DNA from: a virus
Lineage: Duplodnaviria > Heunggongvirae > Uroviricota > Caudoviricetes
Strand: one strand, 5' to 3'
Virus record (IMG/VR): IMGVR_UViG_3300039368_000086
Span: 1-13,305 of that record
Length of the DNA: 13,305 nucleotides
Part shown: in pieces, positions 7,624 to 13,305 of the stretch
Position numbering within the stretch: position 1 is the first letter of the stretch
How the letters are laid out: every line of letters starts with the position of its first letter
Position numbers and translations under genes: made by a program
The notes under the pieces: generated by a model
Databases searched by the model: none
Seen by the model: the letters and a program-made list of their open reading frames with translations, nothing else
Told to the model about the DNA's origin: nothing

Positions 7624-7648
7624 ACCCGCTCAAATGTGCGGGTTTTTT
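7624..7648 (+). terminator. tR'-like rho-independent terminator (CCCGC ... GCGGG + T6)
   Basis: 5-bp GC stem, 8-nt loop, TTTTTT tract; position right after Q. Confidence 0.6.
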
Positions 7649-7721
7649 GCTTAACTCTGTGGACCTTTTTATCTGTAGTTGTAATATATGGATATTGTTA
7701 CAATTTAGGTCGGTGAGCTTA

Positions 7722-8486
7722 ATGGAAGAACAGCACGGTAATTACTTTATAAAACGAATTCAGTTGATTGGAAGAGGGGCATTTGGCTTTGTTGAACACG
7801 TTAAGGTTTACAACCTCAATAAAGGTGAATGCGGGGATTATGCTAGAAAGGTTTTAGCACCCGAAAAACCAGAGCTTTTGGCGCAAATAGAGCAGTTTAG
7901 AAGGCGTTTTAAAAGGGAGGTTGTGTATCAATCACATTGCGTACATAGCAATATTGTTCCTATTTATTTGTGCGATTTGTTTGTTGAGAATCCATGGTTC
8001 ATTATGGATAAAGCAGAATGTGATCTTGAGCACGAAATAACGAACAACCTTCTTACAACAGATCAAAAAATTTCAATAGTGAAAATGGTATTAGATGGTG
8101 TAGCTTACATCCATGCCAAAGGCTATTTACACAGAGATATAAAACCCTTTAATGTTTTGCGATTTAGCGACGGAACATACAAGGTGTCTGATTTTGGTCT
8201 GGTAAAAGATACGAATCCCGAAGGGGATACCACTAAATTGACCGAGATCGGTACCCGTATGGGAAGTACAAGATATATGGCTCCCGAGATTTTATATAAT
8301 GCAGAGTATTCAGTTAAGACTGATGTTTATGCTGTGGGACGGTTAATTGAAGACTTAAATTTAGATGATAAAAAAATAAAGCCTATCATAGCTAAGTGCA
8401 CAAGGATGGATAAAGATGATAGATATCAGACAATAGATGATGTGGCGTTTGATTTTGCGCATTCTTTTTTAAGGAGTGAGTCATGA
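7722..8486 (+). CDS. Hanks-type (eukaryotic-like) Ser/Thr protein kinase, minimal kinase domain only (254 aa)
   Basis: Full motif set: glycine loop IGRGAFGFV, ARK lysine, catalytic loop HRDIKPFN, DFG (VSDFGLVK), APE (YMAPE), DVYAVG; GGTGAG ribosome-binding site before ATG 7722. Confidence 0.85.
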   Translation: MEEQHGNYFIKRIQLIGRGAFGFVEHVKVYNLNKGECGDYARKVLAPEKPELLAQIEQFRRRFKREVVYQSHCVHSNIVPIYLCDLFVENPWFIMDKAECDLEHEITNNLLTTDQKISIVKMVLDGVAYIHAKGYLHRDIKPFNVLRFSDGTYKVSDFGLVKDTNPEGDTTKLTEIGTRMGSTRYMAPEILYNAEYSVKTDVYAVGRLIEDLNLDDKKIKPIIAKCTRMDKDDRYQTIDDVAFDFAHSFLRSES

Positions 8487-9226
8487 TTCAGCTGATAGCG
8501 ACTTCATCATTCTCGTATCCAAAAGAACCAGGTAGGGTCAACGAAGATTCATTGCTTCCTCCAAAAATTGTAGGAGACGGCATCTTATTTGCCGTAGCTG
8601 ATGGTGTAGGTTCATACTCTGGTGCCAGTTATGCTTCATCCATGGCAATCGCTGAACTTTCAGCATTGACAAGTTTATCTTTTGATGCAGTTCCGAATGT
8701 ATTTGCTGAAGTTAAGCGAAAAGTTATGTCGTTAGCTGAAGTTAATGATGAGTTCGATAAAGCTGCTACTACACTTACCTTTTGTTATGTTTGTGATAGC
8801 GGAATTATTATTGGTCATATTGGTGATTGTCGCTTGTATTGCATTGGAGAAAAGAAAGCATATCAATTGACGAAGGACGATACCAGACATCAGATGTTAA
8901 TTGATCAGAATATTTTTAAACCCAGAGATTTGAAGAATAAACCGGGAAAAAATATCTTAACGACTGCCATAGCCTCAAATGTTGATATGGAATACGACTG
9001 TGATTTTATCCCGTGGAAAGATTTGCCTGGTATTAACGGGTTGTATCATCTGTGTATCATGTCTGATGGAGTTCATAACGTTTGGGAAAAACGCCCCAGA
9101 TTTACATCAAATACTATGAGTAATAGTCAGAAGTTTTCTAATGGTATTTTGCGTCGTATAGAGAGAGCCGGACCTGATGATGACTTTTCTTTAGTAAGTA
9201 TAATGGTGCGTGTGACGTCAGATTAG
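8483..9226 (+). CDS. PP2C-family (PPM) Ser/Thr protein phosphatase (247 aa)
   Basis: Motifs RVNEDS, FAVADGVGS, IGDCRLY, MSDGVHN, GPDDDFSLV; AAGGAG ribosome-binding site; ATGA overlap with the kinase stop (translational coupling). Confidence 0.8.
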   Translation: MIQLIATSSFSYPKEPGRVNEDSLLPPKIVGDGILFAVADGVGSYSGASYASSMAIAELSALTSLSFDAVPNVFAEVKRKVMSLAEVNDEFDKAATTLTFCYVCDSGIIIGHIGDCRLYCIGEKKAYQLTKDDTRHQMLIDQNIFKPRDLKNKPGKNILTTAIASNVDMEYDCDFIPWKDLPGINGLYHLCIMSDGVHNVWEKRPRFTSNTMSNSQKFSNGILRRIERAGPDDDFSLVSIMVRVTSD

Positions 9227-9295
9227 TTGTATAAACCCAGTAGGGAATGCTAATTTCCCATACTACAGAGTAAAGAAAAACTTAATTTTAATGTG

Positions 9296-9322
9296 AAAAG
9301 GCTGCTATCAGGCGGCCTTTTT
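9296..9322 (+). terminator. Rho-independent terminator after the kinase/phosphatase cassette
   Basis: AAAAGGCTGC-TATCAG-GCGGCCTTTTT: 6-bp stem with one G-U pair, flanked by A4 and T5. Confidence 0.5.
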
Positions 9323-9336
9323 ATGTCTGAAAAGCT

Positions 9337-9663
9337 GTGCAGTACGTTAAACACGCTTGTGGTTGTGAATGCCGACTGCGGCGGTATTTTGGCGTGACAG
9401 CGCAGGTGCCGTATACCGATGTCTGGACGCATAAACCGGTGCAGTTCTATCCCGGGAAACATCCGTGCGAAAAACCGGCAGAAATGCTGCAGCAGATAAT
9501 CAGCGCAAGCAGTCGTCCGGGAGACCTGGTTGCAGATTTTTTTATGGGCTCAGGTTCAACGGTAAAAGCGGCACTGGCGCTCGGGCGTCGTGCGATTGGC
9601 GTTGAACTGGAGACCGGACGTTTTGAGCAGACAGTCAGGGAAGTTCAGGATTTAATCGTTTGA
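9337..9663 (+). pseudogene. C-terminal fragment of an N6-adenine/N4-cytosine DNA methyltransferase (5'-truncated)
   Basis: Contains HPCEKP (H-P-x-x-K-P) and the FFMGSGST AdoMet-binding motif, but no DPPY catalytic motif and only a GTG start abutting a terminator. Confidence 0.55.
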
Positions 9664-9712
9664 AACGGATGAGATTGCAGAATTAATTACGCACCATTAT
9701 TATTCTGCTTCC

Positions 9713-9788
9713 GGCCCTTTAGCTCAGTGGTGAGAGCGAGCGACTCATAATCGCCAGGTCGCTGGTTCAAATCCAGCAAGGGCCACCA
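9713..9788 (+). tRNA. ileZ: tRNA-Ile2 (anticodon CAU, lysidine type; ileZ-like)
   Basis: Hand-folded cloverleaf: acceptor GGCCCTT/AAGGGCC, D-stem GCTC/GAGC, anticodon loop CTCATAA, T-arm GCTGG-TTCAAAT-CCAGC, 3' ACCA; close to E. coli ileX. Confidence 0.8.
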
Positions 9789-9795
9789 TCACATA

Positions 9796-9872
9796 CCGCC
9801 ATTAGCTCATCAGGAAAGAGCGCCAGCCTTCGAAGCTGGTTGCGCGGAGTTCGGGTCCCCGAAGGCGGTCCA
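9796..9872 (+). tRNA. argN: tRNA-Arg-like (anticodon UCG as read; argN-like) with one mismatch each in acceptor and T stems
   Basis: Anticodon stem CCAGC/GCTGG with loop CTTCGAA; T-loop TTCGGGT; 3' TCCA; imperfect stems make functionality uncertain. Confidence 0.55.
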
Positions 9873-9885
9873 TTATCTGTATCCT

Positions 9886-9962
9886 GCGTTGTTAGCTCAG
9901 CCGGACAGAGCAATTGCCTTCTAAGCAATCGGTCACTGGTTCGAATCCAGTACAACGCGCCA
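9886..9962 (+). tRNA. argO: tRNA-Arg (anticodon UCU, reads AGA; argO/argU-like)
   Basis: Acceptor GCGTTGT/ACAACGC, anticodon loop CTTCTAA, T-arm ACTGG-TTCGAAT-CCAGT, 3' GCCA. Confidence 0.85.
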
Positions 9963-9977
9963 CACTTATTTTCCCTG

Positions 9978-10001
9978 GCTCGCTTTTGCGGGCTTTTTTT
10001 T
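9978..10001 (+). terminator. Rho-independent terminator ending the tRNA cluster (GCTCGC-TTTT-GCGGGC + T8)
   Basis: Read directly from the sequence. Confidence 0.55.
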
Positions 10002-10196
10002 AAATGTCTCACAATTCAGGCGGTTGACTGTTGTCTGGTTTGCGGGGAGTTTGTTAAAAGAAACTGGCATGGTGAATCCCCCTGTGCGGAGGGGCAATCA
10101 GCGAGTAGGTATATGGGATAATCGCGGATTCAGGTGTTGGTACTGAATTCACCGGGAGGCACCCGGCACCATGCAATGGCACATAGCGCCACTCTC

Positions 10197-10226
10197 CAGC
10201 CCCTCTCCGGAGGGGCTGTTTATATT
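10197..10226 (+). terminator. Rho-independent terminator-like hairpin (CAGCCCCTC-TCCG-GAGGGGCTG followed by T-rich tract)
   Basis: 9-bp perfect stem; the T-tract is interrupted (TTTATATTGATTTT). Confidence 0.45.
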
Positions 10227-10249
10227 GATTTTGTCAGATGTGAGTAAAC

Positions 10250-10283
10250 TCCTTATGGACTTTGTTGTTTTAGTCCATAAGGA
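10250..10283. repeat. Perfect 12-bp inverted repeat (TCCTTATGGACT ... AGTCCATAAGGA) with 10-nt loop
   Basis: Every base pair checked by hand; no U-tract on either strand; overlaps the stop codon of the minus-strand ORF. Confidence 0.7.
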
Positions 10284-10588
10284 CATATTTGCAGAGTGCA
10301 ACGGTTATTAAAGCATTCATTCAATACGTTATCTGTATTTGTAGGGCATTCCTGGCTGTTTTTGATTAAATTCCAGAATGTTTTATTGAATGGTACTACG
10401 TTGTAAATGGTTACAGGTAGCACTTTGTTATTGAGCATGATACCTGTGTGAGTCAGTGTAAATATACTTTCAGGAGGTAAGAAAGCATCCGATTGATACC
10501 AGATTATTAATTTTACTTTACTCCATATGACTGAAAAAGATATTCCGCATGATGGCTGGATAACTGTATCAATCACAATCCACTTCAT
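10253..10588 (-). CDS. Hypothetical Cys/Trp-rich protein (111 aa) in an AT-rich segment; only minus-strand gene candidate in the window
   Basis: ORF with AGGAA 7 nt upstream of its ATG on the minus strand; AT-rich (foreign-looking) context; no recognised motif; could be spurious. Confidence 0.3.
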   Translation of the reverse strand: MKWIVIDTVIQPSCGISFSVIWSKVKLIIWYQSDAFLPPESIFTLTHTGIMLNNKVLPVTIYNVVPFNKTFWNLIKNSQECPTNTDNVLNECFNNRCTLQICPYGLKQQSP

Positions 10589-10848
10589 TTAGTTTCCTTG
10601 TTTATGCCTTGCTGGTGATGTTCTGAAAAGTATAAATGATATTTTTGAATGTAAACCATAGAGCAGAATTATTTTTATGATGTTGTTTATTGTTTATTTA
10701 AATGCAGGGTGGTTTATATCTCGTCTTGTAGTTTATCCATGCATATCTGCTTGATAATCAAGTTTTTATTTAAGGTATGGTTTTGTGTTTTTTCTGTATT
10801 ACATGTCAGGTATTTTAAAGAATTATTTTTCAGATGGTGGAAAGAACC

Positions 10849-11037
10849 ATGGCATTTAAACACTATGATGTTGTCAGGGCGGCGGCGCCGTCAGATCTTG
10901 CGGAAAAGCTGACACATAAACTGAAAGAGGGCTGGCAGCCGTTTGGTAGTCCGGTGGCCATAACCCCTTATACCCTGATGCAGGCGATTGCAGCAGAAGG
11001 TGATGTGGTGGTCAGTGGTGCAACTGAGCCGGAGTGA
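10849..11037 (+). CDS. Small conserved-looking late-region protein (62 aa; alternative start 10834)
   Basis: ORF with GGTGG/GAAAGA upstream; located just before the lysis cassette, where lambdoid prophages often carry a small conserved gene. Confidence 0.45.
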   Translation: MAFKHYDVVRAAAPSDLAEKLTHKLKEGWQPFGSPVAITPYTLMQAIAAEGDVVVSGATEPE

Positions 11038-11280
11038 TACTACGTCATCGTACTGGCCCGGCATTCCAGGCCATAAAAGACGGTCTGGCAGTGGGACTAA
11101 ATGCACTGACGCTGACGGATATTACCAAAAATGCAACGTATGGCGTTGAGATAGAAAGTCTGGTGCTGGAGATAAATGCACCGGCATCATCATAAAAAGT
11201 GAGCCAGTCAAATGGAAGGTATCGTTAAACTCACCGGTAGTGTCAGTGGGTCGTCTGAGACGCCTGCATGAGTTATCAGA

Positions 11281-11310
11281 GCCATCAGTACTTAACTGGT
11301 GGCTTTTTTA
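11281..11310 (+). terminator. Terminator-like hairpin upstream of the holin (GCCATCAG-TACTTAA-CTGGTGGC + TTTTTTATT)
   Basis: 8-bp stem with one G-U pair followed by a T-tract. Confidence 0.4.
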
Positions 11311-11344
11311 TTGTTGTCAGCTTCCGGATAACGGGAGACGGGGT

Positions 11345-11560
11345 ATGTACCAGATGGAAAAAATCACAACAGGTGTGTCATACACCACGTCAGCGGTGGG
11401 AACGGGCTACTGGTTCCTGCAGTTGCTGGACAGGGTTTCCCCGTCTCAGTGGGCGGCAATAGGCGTGCTGGGGAGTCTGCTGTTTGGGCTGCTGACATAT
11501 CTGACTAACCTGTATTTCAAAATCAAAGAGGACCGGCGTAAGGCGGCGCGGGGAGAGTAA
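11345..11560 (+). CDS. Phage-21-type class II holin (pinholin, S21/EssD family) with dual-start motif (MYQM)
   Basis: Translation ...[51 protein letters not shown] matches S21/EssD as I recall them; GGGAGACGGGG ribosome-binding site. Confidence 0.85.
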   Translation: MYQMEKITTGVSYTTSAVGTGYWFLQLLDRVSPSQWAAIGVLGSLLFGLLTYLTNLYFKIKEDRRKAARGE

Positions 11561-11564
11561 AGTG

Positions 11565-12455
11565 ATGAATAAAAAATATGAACTGGTTGTTAAGGGGATA
11601 AATAATTACGGGGATAAGGTTACTGTTACTGTGAAGCCGGAAGGTGACGGGCAAGCGTCGCTGTTGTTGCCAGATGTGGCGATTAGTCTTGACCGTACTG
11701 AAGGTGCCACGCTGGAGTTTTACGAAGCTGAGGCGAAAAAGCAGGCGAAGCAGTTTTTCATGGATGTTGCTGCCGGGTTATGTGAAGGGGATGGTCCGTT
11801 GCCGGAAAAGCGCCCCGTAATTTTAGAGGCGCAGGATGTGTTGATAACCTACAAAGGAAAGCTACCGGGAAGAATTACTTGTTCTCTGAAGATGCCGCCG
11901 TCAACACTGCGGTCAGAAAAAGATGATGTTGAATCACGTATTGAAAAACTGGAGAGCTACGTCGTTGAGCTGAATAAGAAATGGTCGATATTGGTGCCTT
12001 CTGGCGATGAAAAGCAGTTTGCTGCGTTTGACGATTATTGTCGGAAAGTGATGAGCAGAAATCTCGCAGAGTGTTTCAGTATTCATAATGATAATTTCAG
12101 TGACCCGGAATGGGAGTGTAACCGGCCATCCTTTGTTGTATCCGGTGATGCTGGGAAAATAACCATCTCAGAAAATGGGAAAGTAACACCTCCATCGCAC
12201 CAGCACAGTGAGGAGCTCATTGAATTTGCCATTGATTACCTGAAGAACAATAAAAAGCAGGGGCTGATGAAGCGCGTTGGCCGTTGCATGGGATATCTGC
12301 AGGTAGCTGCTGAGATTGAAGCGCTGGCCAGTGGTGCTGATAAGGATGCAATTGTGCGGGAGGCTCTTCTTCGTGATTTTAATACTCCACCCTTTAAAAA
12401 AGTGCCGGCTTACTGGCTTCATCCGGGGCTGACTTATCTTAAAGTGCGTATTTAG
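11565..12455 (+). CDS. Hypothetical protein (296 aa) inserted between holin and endolysin; no family recognised
   Basis: ATG at 11565 lies 7 nt after GGGAGAG, which overlaps the holin stop; long ORF with protein-like composition; no signal peptide or TM segment seen. Confidence 0.7.
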   Translation: MNKKYELVVKGINNYGDKVTVTVKPEGDGQASLLLPDVAISLDRTEGATLEFYEAEAKKQAKQFFMDVAAGLCEGDGPLPEKRPVILEAQDVLITYKGKLPGRITCSLKMPPSTLRSEKDDVESRIEKLESYVVELNKKWSILVPSGDEKQFAAFDDYCRKVMSRNLAECFSIHNDNFSDPEWECNRPSFVVSGDAGKITISENGKVTPPSHQHSEELIEFAIDYLKNNKKQGLMKRVGRCMGYLQVAAEIEALASGADKDAIVREALLRDFNTPPFKKVPAYWLHPGLTYLKVRI

Positions 12456-12491
12456 TGGGCCAGGGACAGCGGCTGAATATTTAATATATCC

Positions 12492-13025
12492 ATGAACACC
12501 AAAATCAAATACGGCCTGTCGGCTGCCGTTCTGGCGCTGATTGCCGCTGGTGCGCCTGCGCCTGACATTCTCGACCAGTTTCTGGATGAAAAGGAAGGCA
12601 AGCACACCACAGCATACCGTGATGGTGCGGGTATCTGGACCATCTGCCGAGGTGCCATCATGGTGGATGGTAAGCCTGTGATTCCTGGCATGAAGCTGTC
12701 GAAGGAAAAATGCGACTGGGTTAACACTATCGAACGGGATAAGGCGCTGGCGTGGGTGGAGAAAAACATCAGAGTGCCACTGACCGAACCCCAGAAAGCG
12801 GGGATCGCGTCATTCTGTCCGTACAACATTGGTCCCGGTAAGTGTTTCCCGTCGACGTTTTACAGACGAATTAATGCTGGTGATCGAAAAGGTGCCTGCG
12901 AAGCGATTCGCTGGTGGATTAAGGACGGTGGCAGAGACTGCCGTATTCGTTCAAACAACTGTTACGGTCAAGTATCCCGTCGTGACCAGGAGAGCGCGCT
13001 GGCGTGCTGGGGTATCGACAGATAA
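12492..13025 (+). CDS. SAR-endolysin (phage-21 R-type lysozyme, T4-lysozyme/GH24 fold)
   Basis: N-terminal signal-arrest-release-like segment GLSAAVLALIAAGAPAP; catalytic-region pattern E...D...T (EKEGKHTTAYRDGAGIWTICRG) similar to R21/P1 Lyz. Confidence 0.8.
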   Translation: MNTKIKYGLSAAVLALIAAGAPAPDILDQFLDEKEGKHTTAYRDGAGIWTICRGAIMVDGKPVIPGMKLSKEKCDWVNTIERDKALAWVEKNIRVPLTEPQKAGIASFCPYNIGPGKCFPSTFYRRINAGDRKGACEAIRWWIKDGGRDCRIRSNNCYGQVSRRDQESALACWGIDR

Positions 13026-13181
13026 GCAGAATATTTTGCTGAAAAATGAGGAATGGCCACGCGGGCGGATAACACGAAATCCTGCGAACTGGCGAAACGT
13101 AAGTGAATAAAAGTAAAAACCCCGTTTGTTGGCACCAAGCGAGGTTTTGTGTTTCTGACCTTGAGTAAGGCAAGGGAGAAC

Positions 13182-13305
13182 ATGGCGAAGTATAAACGAA
13201 TTCTGTTGAGGTTGACTATGAAAAATGTGAACCGCCCCGGGTTTCCTGGAGAGTATTTTATCTGTGAACTCAGGCTGCCAGATCATCGTTTCCGATGGAA
13301 GCATA
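13182..13305 (+). CDS. 5' part of an unknown ORF running off the window end (MAKYKRILLRLTMKNVNRPGFPGEYF...)
   Basis: AAGGGAGA ribosome-binding site 4 nt upstream of ATG 13182; open to the window end; not Rz-like. Confidence 0.35.
   Translation, partial: MAKYKRILLRLTMKNVNRPGFPGEYFICELRLPDHRFRWKH

Larger units (their letters stand above)
1..13305 (+). mobile_element. Lambdoid prophage segment (nin-like region through Q, late promoter/terminator, tRNA cluster and lysis cassette); partial at both ends
   Basis: Co-linear plus-strand order DUF968 - RusA - Q - PR'/tR' - tRNAs - holin - endolysin is the canonical lambdoid late-region layout; tightly packed, overlapping start/stop codons typical of phage operons. 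Confidence 0.85.

Noticed and set aside
7647-7721. TTG start giving an N-terminally extended kinase
   Set aside because: This start lies inside the tR' terminator tract and the extension crosses the putative promoter; ATG 7722 with a GGTGAG ribosome-binding site begins exactly at the kinase domain.
9767-10121. ORFs of 81 aa (minus) and 93 aa (plus) overlapping the tRNA cluster
   Set aside because: They run through tRNA genes and terminators; artefacts of GC-rich tRNA sequence.
9963-10830. Shiga toxin genes at the canonical position after the tRNAs
   Set aside because: No ORF resembling StxA (about 315 aa with signal peptide) or StxB (about 89 aa) exists on the plus strand in this interval; only short spurious frames.
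10709-11106. Plus-strand 67-aa ORF and minus-strand 71-aa ORF around the small late gene
   Set aside because: They overlap the better-supported 10849..11037 ORF; the first is AT-rich, hydrophobic nonsense-like sequence spanning a probable promoter region.
11240-11344. N-terminal extension of the holin ORF
   Set aside because: Holins of this family are about 71 aa with an M-x-x-M dual start; the extension overlaps a terminator-like hairpin and has no ribosome-binding site.
12168-12829. Two minus-strand ORFs (145 and 125 aa)
   Set aside because: They lie antisense to the 296-aa ORF and to the endolysin, which has clear catalytic motifs; shadow ORFs.
12829-13110. 93-aa plus-strand ORF overlapping the endolysin 3' end, considered as a possible Rz
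   Set aside because: No N-terminal transmembrane segment, no coiled-coil character, and it starts deep inside the endolysin in another frame; not spanin-like.
1-13305. CRISPR array or other tandem direct repeats
   Set aside because: No regularly spaced direct repeats were seen by eye; the only repeated elements are the terminator cores and the duplicated 21-nt gene start.

Overview
This window reads as one contiguous, almost entirely plus-strand segment of a lambdoid prophage of the Escherichia/Shigella type, running from the late-early (nin-like) region through the lysis cassette. Order: small accessory genes (Ead/Ea22-like, two very acidic small proteins) -> Hok-family toxin -> AT-rich two-gene cassette (unknown 216-aa protein + HTH_XRE/ImmA-IrrE metallopeptidase fusion) bracketed by two near-identical terminators -> small unknown genes -> DUF968 (YdfU-like) -> RusA -> antiterminator Q -> PR'-like promoter and tR' -> AT-rich Hanks-type Ser/Thr kinase + PP2C phosphatase cassette -> truncated DNA methyltransferase -> three tRNAs (Ile-CAU, Arg-UCG-like, Arg-UCU) -> AT-rich segment at the slot where Stx phages carry stx (no stx ORF here) -> small late protein -> phage-21-type pinholin -> 296-aa unknown ORF inserted between holin and endolysin -> SAR endolysin -> start of another ORF at the window edge. 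No CRISPR array, rRNA, integrase or transposase was recognised. The best candidates for an undescribed system are the kinase/phosphatase pair after Q, the unknown + HTH-peptidase cassette, and the ORF wedged inside the lysis cassette. All calls rest on reading motifs and gene order by eye; no database search, HMM scan or folding computation was run, and family names are recalled from memory.
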